DNA of 64,000 nucleotides from Octopus vulgaris (taxonomy: Eukaryota). The stretch's first letter is position 1, and each line of letters starts with the position of its first letter. Positions 55,031 to 64,000 of this stretch are shown one piece after another. The notes beneath the pieces were generated by a model, which saw only the letters and a list, made by a program, of their open reading frames with translations, was not told the DNA's origin and made no database searches. Location of the stretch: the NCBI GenBank assembly GCA_951406725.2, contig OX597826.1:3410001-3474000 (forward strand), in the 5' to 3' direction. A program made the translations under genes and the position numbers.

Positions 55031-55031
<1 letters not shown>
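54693..55031 (-). mobile_element. SINE family C, full length
   Basis: Homologous along its length to 4937-5270. Confidence 0.88.
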
Positions 55032-55074
<43 letters not shown>

Positions 55075-55121
55075 CGTATGTATGTATGTAGATTATTTAT
55101 ATGTATATATGTATGTATTAT

Positions 55122-55195
<74 letters not shown>

Positions 55196-55500
55196 TAAAG
55201 TATTAGATCATCAGTCTAAAGTCTCTCTTGCAAATAAACAGAGAAACGGAGATTTTATATATCTTCGTCTATTCTTATCAAACATGCAAATTAATACTAA
55301 CATGCCATGTGCCAAGCTTGATAATTGTTGAACGATTTCTCTCAGCGTGGATAAATGGGACTCTCCTTGATTCAAAAACGAAAAATAGTTCCCCACCAAT
55401 GCGTGTTGAGCACTTATTCTCACTCTACGATGTTAACGTATATGCGCGCGCGTGCGTGTGTAAATACATATACGTTTGTATGTGTGTATAAATGCATATA

Positions 55501-55550
<50 letters not shown>

Positions 55551-56319
55551 CGTATACATATAGAGAGATATACAAATATTCATTACAGGAACATATACTT
55601 GAACGAATTGAATAATTAATCACTTGTTAAATACTCGTAACTAATATACTGACACCCATATGGAGTTACGAAAATTCGAAATATTGAGCCAATTTACGTT
55701 TGTCTCTTAATAATTGAATATTGCTTTCTCTTTACGAAAAAAAAGACCGCGAGTAAGATATTACGTTTTACAAAAATGCTAAACCGTTTTTCCTACAACT
55801 ATCGCTTAACCTCCCTTGACGCTTCCTTAAATTTTGTGATACATATTGTGATTCCAAACATATGAATCGACAGCAATCTTCAACTGAGTGTTCTCAACAC
55901 CTCATCACATTTGGTGAGTCACAAAATATTCTGCAGTCTTTTATGTCATTCAAAAACCACACCTGGCTGAATATCACGTCTTAGTTTTATATAAAATTAC
56001 TGATTTTGGCAATACTTGTATTGTAACTCGTTGCTGAAAATGAAAAATGTACAAAGACATTAGCTGAAATTTTTAGTAGACATCATTAGGAGAAAGGCCG
56101 GAGGATGCATTTTTATTATATTGTTAGCCATAATTTACTTTGATACAACTTTATAGTAAGTCTTTAAACCGATAATAAGTATAAATGTTATCTTTCATGT
56201 ACTAGATTACTAAGCCGTAAAACAAAAGGCCGCTGCTCTCAGCAGCAATAAACTGAAGGGTATTTTATTAACATATTACTTGCATTAGCACAGCATTTTC
56301 CGTTTCAATATAACTACTG

Positions 56320-56754
56320 GGATCTTTTCGGTTTGAACGGCAGTTTTTAACATAATTTCTAGGTAACTAAAAAATGTTAAATTTCGTATACTGGTAGAAT
56401 GTGTTTATAAAACATCTTTTTCTCTTGGCTTCATTGACAAAATTCTATAGTTTGTTAGATATTTGTTGTTTTTTTCTTCAATTTCTGCAATTTCAACCAA
56501 TCAGTGACATCTGTTGAGTTAAAAAGCATTCTGTGCCGTATGAATATGTCCCTCGTTTAAGAAATAGATTGGGTTTATTTACATTTGTGAAGAAAAAAAA
56601 TTACCTTTCCCCCACCCCTAACCTAACCCTAACCCTAACTAACCCTAACCCTAAAAGCGATTGAAATGCAATAGATCGGTTCTAGGGTCATAATTATGGG
56701 TGACAATTTCATATGACACCGCTAGAAAAACTGCCGTTCAAACCGAAATGATCC
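56320..56754 (-). mobile_element. Second copy of the TTAGGG-containing MITE (opposite orientation)
   Basis: Same TIRs. TSD aactactg (56312-56319) / aaccactg (56755-56762). (CCCTAA)n-like run at about 56616-56655. Confidence 0.93.
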
Positions 56755-58364
56755 AACCACTGTGTTTCGTATCCATTTCAATGAAATCCTGTGTATTTAA
56801 TATAAACTTGTAACACACCTGGTTGCAGATACGAAGTCGAAACCGGGATCTGAGGTTAAACAGCCCAGGATTATTATATATTATAAATGAGTTATTCATC
56901 TTTCAACTCTATTTGCAAATGGAAGTTTGAATCGAAGAATAATTGAATAATTGATATGATTTTAATAGTTTAGAATCCGTTCTCTTCTATATTGAGCGAA
57001 TTGAATAATTAATCACTTGTTAAATACTCGTAAAATACGGTAATAAATACATAGTGTATTGGGAATATAACCATTAGCTAGTAAAGTCTTGAATAGAGTG
57101 GTGTAAAGTCGGACCAACAGCATGGAAACGCTGTGTGGAATCGATTAGAAATAAGAGACGTACATAGTGTATAAAGGTGTCAAAATCATTATTGAATGAA
57201 AAGTCTGCTATTTCCTTACAAATCGTGATCTTTGCCCATAAGCTTACAAAGACTGATCGGATTTTGGGTAATGGGAATTTATCGCTTGAATTTAAATATT
57301 ATTTATGGTGCTAGCCAGGGGGTTCGTCAGTTTGAAAGAAGAATCTATGCGTGAGATGAGTCGTTTTAGTTTAGTAGTAGTAATGGGCAGTTTGTTGATC
57401 CTTCTGAAAACAATATATCGTTATCTTTACTTAACCATAGAAGCATGCGAGAAATTAGATGTAACCGGACACTGGATATGCATAAAACAAAACCCAACCC
57501 GTTCTCAAACCATGGTTACATATTGATTGATGTTTATACAATTGACACCTCAGAGTTTATATTATGTGCTATCGCTTCGTATTCCAAAGTGAAAGTAATA
57601 AGAAAAGGGAAGCAAAAGAGAAAAACAGAAAGGACGAAACAAAGAAAGAAGAGAGAGAAAAAAAAAGAGCGAGCGACGAACGAAGACATAAAAGAAAGCA
57701 GAGAGAAATAGACTGTAATATCTCTTGAAACAATGATTTCGGAGGTAGAGTCCATTCTCGTGATGTGTAAATGTCGAAGATAGGTTACTAAGGGTAAGAT
57801 ATGCAGCGCATCAGCTCTCATATTATGGTTGGCATTTCACTAACCTCTATGGGACTACATGAGAAACGATTATATGACTCGGCTAGAATTAAGTATGGAC
57901 GAAAGAACAGAAACAGTGTTCAGCAGGGAAAAGTAATTTGAAATTGCAATATTGCATATTAAAGCAACAATGTCACTATCAAAATTGTTCGCACCTGCCA
58001 CATCATACAAAATACTCTGCTATTGGTTATTCCATTCAATACAAACACGATCACGCTCAAACATTTTTCTACAGGCAGGCAGGCAGGCAGGCAGGCATAC
58101 ATACGCATATGTGTGTACGTGTATTGCTCTGACGTGCGCCTGCCTGTTGCCTATATAAGAAAAACGTGTATATACGTGTCTGTCACTGAGCAGATGTAAT
58201 TGATTTTATGAATACATATGACGGGGGTGGGGTGATGCTTGTGCTCACACACGTACACACATACGCGTATAGTGGTGTGTATGCTCTAAATGTACATGTA
58301 AGAACGCATAATGCATCCTGTGTATCTCTCTATCACTTTATGGGTGAGTGTATGTGTATGCGTG

Positions 58365-58446
<82 letters not shown>

Positions 58447-58479
58447 ATGAGATATCCATACAAGCACACACATATATAT

Positions 58480-58710
58480 ATCAAAATAAGCAACAAAGAT
58501 ATCTAGAGGTAGTGCAGTACGATCGTTTCATGCGACTCCATTTAATTGAACAATGCAATCATTTCATTACATCAATTTAAAATGTAGAGCAATCTTCGGT
58601 TGCACAAAGACATAGAATTTAATTTAAATTAGATGGACACCTTTGAATAATTTTACCCAAAATCTCTGGATATCTTTGTCTGGATATCCTTCTTGCTTAT
58701 TTTGATTTTA
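58480..58710 (-). mobile_element. Penelope-like pLTR (copy 2) with hammerhead and a short inverted terminal segment
   Basis: Minus strand gtgcaa-CCGAAGA...GAAAC-GATC-GTA-ctgcac at 58605-58512. The plus-oriented pLTR tail ggatatccttcttgcttattttgatttt follows at about 58682-58709. Confidence 0.75.
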
Positions 58711-59414
58711 GTAACCTGAATTTGAAATTGTATGGATACTACTAAACTAAATTCTGGTACCTCAACTGTAGTACCATATTCATCTGAATCTAAATCTTTA
58801 TACACACACACACACACACACACATACATACACACACACATACATACACTCACGCACACGCTCACACACATACTTCTATATTATCCTCTTCGTCACTCGG
58901 TACATTTCTGTTACTAGTTTCGTTTTAACATGGATATGCATGTAGCGTTTGTTATTTCACGTTGACAAACTACTTTCATGTAGATAGTCACAGGAACACC
59001 TTTGAGTACTTCCATGATTCATGATATAGTATGGAATAAACCTCATATTAAGGATATCATAGAGACCTTAAGGGATTTATATTGTAATAATATGTACAGG
59101 CGGTTGGCTCGTATTTTATAATGAAAGGATATAGTTTGTGATATTGTTGCCAAGAATTATGCAGTTGCATAAATTCCATGAGAAACTGCAGCATATTTCT
59201 AGAAGTAAATAACATTTAGTAGTAAACATGTAGGCATCTAAATTCACGTATGGGAAGCAAAAGTCCATATCTTTATCTTGTATATCTTGAAATATCTTCA
59301 ATTATCATAAAATTTGAATGTTATTTCTTGATAGTTACCGTTACCACTTTGACGAATAAGCGGCGTCACACAGAGGAGCATTGAAACACACACACTCACA
59401 CACGCACACACACA

Positions 59415-59506
59415 CACATACATACATACATACATACATACATACATACATACATACAAACATACATACATACATACATACATACATACATACATACATA
59501 CATACA

Positions 59507-59534
<28 letters not shown>
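59415..59534. repeat. (CATA)n microsatellite
   Basis: Directly visible. Confidence 0.97.
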
Positions 59535-59537
<3 letters not shown>

Positions 59538-59540
<3 letters not shown>

Positions 59541-59822
59541 CCGGAGTAAGCATATAAATGTGAAACAAGGTGGAAAAAAGTGTACTCAAATACCAGAGGT
59601 AGAGTAATATGCTTATTTAAAAGCAGCAGAAATATAACAAAAGCTGTTACTTAGAGTTTCACGTTCCCATTCGTCGTTGAAAGGACCAATGAAACAAATC
59701 CATTTTTAAAGGTGCATCCTTTAATTAGTTTTCATGATATCGTTATTTCTGTTCTATTTTAACCAATATGTCCGACGAGCGGGAACGTGAAACTGTGAAT
59801 AACACCTGCAGGTTTTAAATGA
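59538..59822. mobile_element. Penelope-like inverted pLTR pair, each with a hammerhead-like motif
   Basis: Minus CGACGA-ATG(GGAA)CGT-GAAAC-TCTAA-GTA-acag at 59676-59644. Plus tgt-CCGACGA-GCG(GGAA)CGT-GAAAC-TGTGA-ATA-aca at 59769-59804. Confidence 0.6.
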
Positions 59823-60252
59823 TATATACATATATATATATATACCTGTGTGCATAAATATATGTATATATATTTATCTACGTCCATATATATATGTGTG
59901 TGTGTGTGTATAAGAATATCTGTATTTATGTATGTATGTAAGACTATATATATTCGCATATATATATGTATGTATATATATATATATATACATGCATATA
60001 TACATACACGTACACTCATACGCACACACATACACGCACACACATACACATACGCGCTCACAAATACGGAGACGCATACACGATCATAAACATACAACGT
60101 TTGACAACATTTGTTAGTTTGCTTCCTTCAGTGTAACATTGGTGCTTCGGCAAAGGAGTCCAAGAAGAAGTTCCAGATTCAAATGGATGCAATCCCATGA
60201 CGGAAAGGAGCCAAAAGAACCAAAAACCGACCACATATGTAAATATAAATAT

Positions 60253-60668
60253 AGGCGTAGGAGCGGCTGGGTGGTAAGTAGCCACAGGGTTCCGGATTCA
60301 GTCCCACTGCGTGGCACCTGGTCAAGTCTCTTCTACTATAGCCTCGGGCCGACCAAAGTCTTGTGAGTGGATTTGGTAGACGGAAACTGAAAGAAGCCCG
60401 TAGTATATATGTATATATATATATGTATGTATGTGTGTGTGTGCGTGTGTATATGTTTCTGTGTCTGTGTTTGGCACACCCCACGAACATCGCTTGACAA
60501 CCGATGCTGGTGTGTTTACGTCCCCGTAACTTAGCGGTTCAGCAAAAGAACTGATACAATAAGTACTAGGCTTACAGATAATAAGTCCTGGGGTCGATTT
60601 GCACGACTAAAGGCGGTGCTCCAGCATGGCCAGAGTCAAATGACTGAAACAAGTAAAAGTGTAAAAGG
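60253..60668 (+). mobile_element. SINE family A, full length
   Basis: Matches 20075-20493, including the internal microsatellite. Confidence 0.9.
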
Positions 60669-61519
60669 GTATATACATACATGTGTGAGTGGGTGTGCGC
60701 CGCGTGCGTGCGTTCGCATACAAGTAAAGCACTGTGCGCGCGCGATAGAGCCCGTCAGGCGCCGACTTCCTGTACCTTTAAGTTGTGCACGATCACAGAT
60801 ACCTCGCTTGGATGAACTAAAATCTAATTTCAACCACACTAGTGTTTCCCTTTTTAATAAAAATAAATAATATCGCAAGCCAATAGCGTCAAACCGGTGG
60901 AAACATACCATTTTCCCGTTTTGTTTGCTTCAGCAATTGCTGTATAAATCGTTATGTATATCATATACTACGTTGCGGTTAAAAACTATTAAGCCTCCTT
61001 ATTTACAGTTTTGTCAAAAGTATTTATTTTTACTTAACTCCAAGCATGGCAGCCAGAGAGCTTCAGCGTTGACATTATTTCACCACCACTTGAGAAAGTA
61101 ACTACTTATATTATAATATATTTGGTTTCATTTTTAATGAGTCATATTCACTTTTCTGTAACCCCACAAAAATAGTAATTTTCTTCCTAATGAGACAAAT
61201 TATTTATTCGTTCCTGGTATTTTCTCTTCATGTATTTTGGTTACTTTATCATTATTTTTCTTTTCTTGTTTTTTTTTTTGTGTGTATATTTCACTCATTT
61301 CATTGATTAAATAATACCTGATATTAAGCAATTATACACTTTTCTGCATACAGACGTTTTCTCGTACGGAATGTCTGTGTCTCTTCGGAGTTATCTGGTT
61401 CCACCGGTATTTTATTTCTTTATTTCATGCCCATTTTCTATTTCTTTTAATTAATATTGTATATAAATACATCAGGTATATATAAAACATAAAAATAATG
61501 AAAGGAGGAAATTTTAAAC

Positions 61520-61555
<36 letters not shown>

Positions 61556-61618
61556 TGTGTGAATATGTGTGTATGTATATGTATATGAATGTATGTATAT
61601 ATATATATATACATAAAT

Positions 61619-61694
<76 letters not shown>

Positions 61695-62631
61695 ATATAT
61701 GTATGAATGTATGTATGTATATATAAACAAAATAGAGTAATGAAATATAGAAATCAACAAACCACATTTAATCAAAATATTAATATGAACTCCACAAAAG
61801 CTTATTTCATTATTCATTCTTTTCAATTTATTTATTGAGCCGAACGAGACTGAGAATTACTGTATGAGGAAAATGGAGATGACTACAACCGCAAATGGTA
61901 AAGTGTGTAGACTGAAAACAAAACGGAAGGAAGGCGGAACAGACATCATAAAGAATGTGCGAAAAAGAGAGAGACAGATAAAGATGACGACAGAAAGTAC
62001 GAGCAAAAGACAATTTAATTATGGAAAGAGCATCATTATAAGCATATTTGTATAATGGCGTATAAGACAGTCGTTCTCAAACAAGATTTCTTTACAATGC
62101 ACTAACAGCAGTAAACGGCTGCTTCCGTTAAATCTCTCAGATATTTAAGTACTTATATCTTATAGCACGAAATACTTTCATGAAGACATAGGAATCTTCA
62201 CAGTTCCGGTAGAGATAATTGTCTCTATTGAGGTGAATATTTATTTTGTCCAAAGAATATGTGAATGTTTTAGATGAGTTCCATTAAAGAAAAAAAAAAA
62301 TGTAAATTCTTTCAGACTTGACTATTCACGACGAAGTTTCATTTCCCGGTAGTATAAAAATTCTAGATGCCAAGTATTTATTTAGAAAAATGTATGACAA
62401 AAAATATTTTCAACCATATTCGTAAATTTATATTACTCTGTGCAAGAAATCAATAAATGATTTATCTTGGTACTTAACCTCAGGTCAGCCTTGATTAATT
62501 ATATTTGTTACCTAAAAATACCAACATGATCAACACCTCTTAATTCCCAGATATTATACTTAAGATTGCTTTTACGTTTGTGTTAAAATTCTTCAGGTTA
62601 AGGGTACCTTAAGGGAGATTTGCTTGCCGAT

Positions 62632-62676
62632 CCAAGGCGTCTCGTCTCTCCTTAGTAACCTATTAACATCTATCTA

Positions 62677-62726
<50 letters not shown>

Positions 62727-62779
62727 ACTATCTATGTCATTAATCTTAATCTATCTATGTACATATGTATGTATCTATA

Positions 62780-62848
<69 letters not shown>

Positions 62849-63380
62849 TATAGGATAAAAATTATTTTCGGGAAAAAAATTTTGTCTATGGCCAGCATAT
62901 CAAAAAATGCCTTTAAAGGTAAAATTTATACATAATTTACAAGATAAGGGCAGAAGAATTTTTCTTCTGCATACATAAATATATACATACATATACACAC
63001 CATACATATATATATATATATGCACACACACACACTTACACAAACACACACACACACATATATAAATAGATGCACATGCACATACGTAAACCCAAGGCGA
63101 CTCTTCTCTACTTAGTAACCTATAAACATCTATCTATCTATCTATGTATATATCTATCTAACTAACTATTTATCTCTTTAATCTTAATTATATGTACATA
63201 TATATATATATGTATGTATATACAAATCTGTGTGCGTGCCTGTGCATACATAAATATATACATACATATACACACGCACATACCTATATATATATGCACA
63301 CACACTTACACAAACACACACACAAACACTCACACATATATATATATACATAGATGCACATACATATACGCAAATCTAAG
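62632..63380. repeat. Local tandem duplication of a microsatellite-rich unit
   Basis: ccaaggcg.ctc.tctct.cttagtaacctat.aacatctatc starts units at about 62632 and 63092. Both units end ...cacttacacaaacacac...tagatgcacat.cacatacg.aaa. Confidence 0.8.
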
Positions 63381-64000
63381 AATGAGTATGTTTTGACACC
63401 TACATGCATATTAAGTACGTATCGATTGATCAGTCACTTCCACTTAAAAGAAGCAGCACTAAATTTACGTCTTGCTAAGAGGAAGAGGAAGAGGAAGTAA
63501 ACAGCAAAGATGGCCAATTAGTAATGAGCAGAGATGACATGCTCTAGAGGTGAATGGGGAAAAGTGTAAGAAACCGAAAGACTTATAAGTGTTTCAAAGA
63601 GACGTCGTAAAAAGAAGATGTGAAGATGGACGTCTTGACGATGGGTTTTTACGGCCCAGCATCAAAATACTATTCACATCGTCCTTCAAAATTATAGAAT
63701 TCACAAATGCAAATTGCATACACTGTATTATCATACAGGGACTGTTAATTTCGGAGCCTCTGAAAGAACTGAAGAATTCGTCTGTTAGTGCTGAAGAAAG
63801 AGGCATTCATTCTTCCAAATCAAACGTAATTACATGATCGTTGTAATGAGGCAGAAAGAAAATAATGTACGAGGATATTGATGTGGTCAAAGTAGATATG
63901 GCGGAGGGGAAAAAAAGATGTGAAAGCGTCGCGTATTGAAGGTCGTTAAATGAAGTACCAGTTAAACACTAAGGTCGATGAAATCGACTTATCCCCCATT

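Noticed and set aside
63480-63840. Possible Ty3/Gypsy protease relic (EVNGEKC...DVVKR)
   Set aside because: There is no intact D(T/S)G motif, LTR or neighbouring gag/RT evidence.

Overview
AT-rich, microsatellite-saturated eukaryotic DNA (intronic or intergenic). The SINE sequences and repeat landscape point to a coleoid cephalopod, most likely Octopus; this is my recognition, not a database check. No intact host protein-coding gene is supported, and nearly all ORFs in the track are translations of (TA)n, (CA)n, (AAT)n or (GATA)n repeats. The recognisable content is mobile DNA: four tRNA-headed SINE families (about 35 copies, some in tandem), a young 5'-truncated CR1/L2-type LINE plus an older fragment, two deleted mariner elements, a Helentron-type (DINE-1/HINE-like) element, two copies of an 8-bp-TSD MITE carrying TTAGGG repeats, a 155-bp foldback palindrome, and many Penelope-like relics (GIY-YIG fragments and pseudo-LTRs). 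The most interesting signal is about 10 type I hammerhead-ribozyme motifs inside the Penelope-like termini. One is nearly complete (54465-54553), and recurrent non-canonical cores (CUGUNGA, CCGANGA) occur in independent copies. A CpG-dense unique segment at about 20.6-20.9 kb may be a promoter or first exon. Repeat boundaries were read by eye and are approximate unless a TSD or TIR is quoted.
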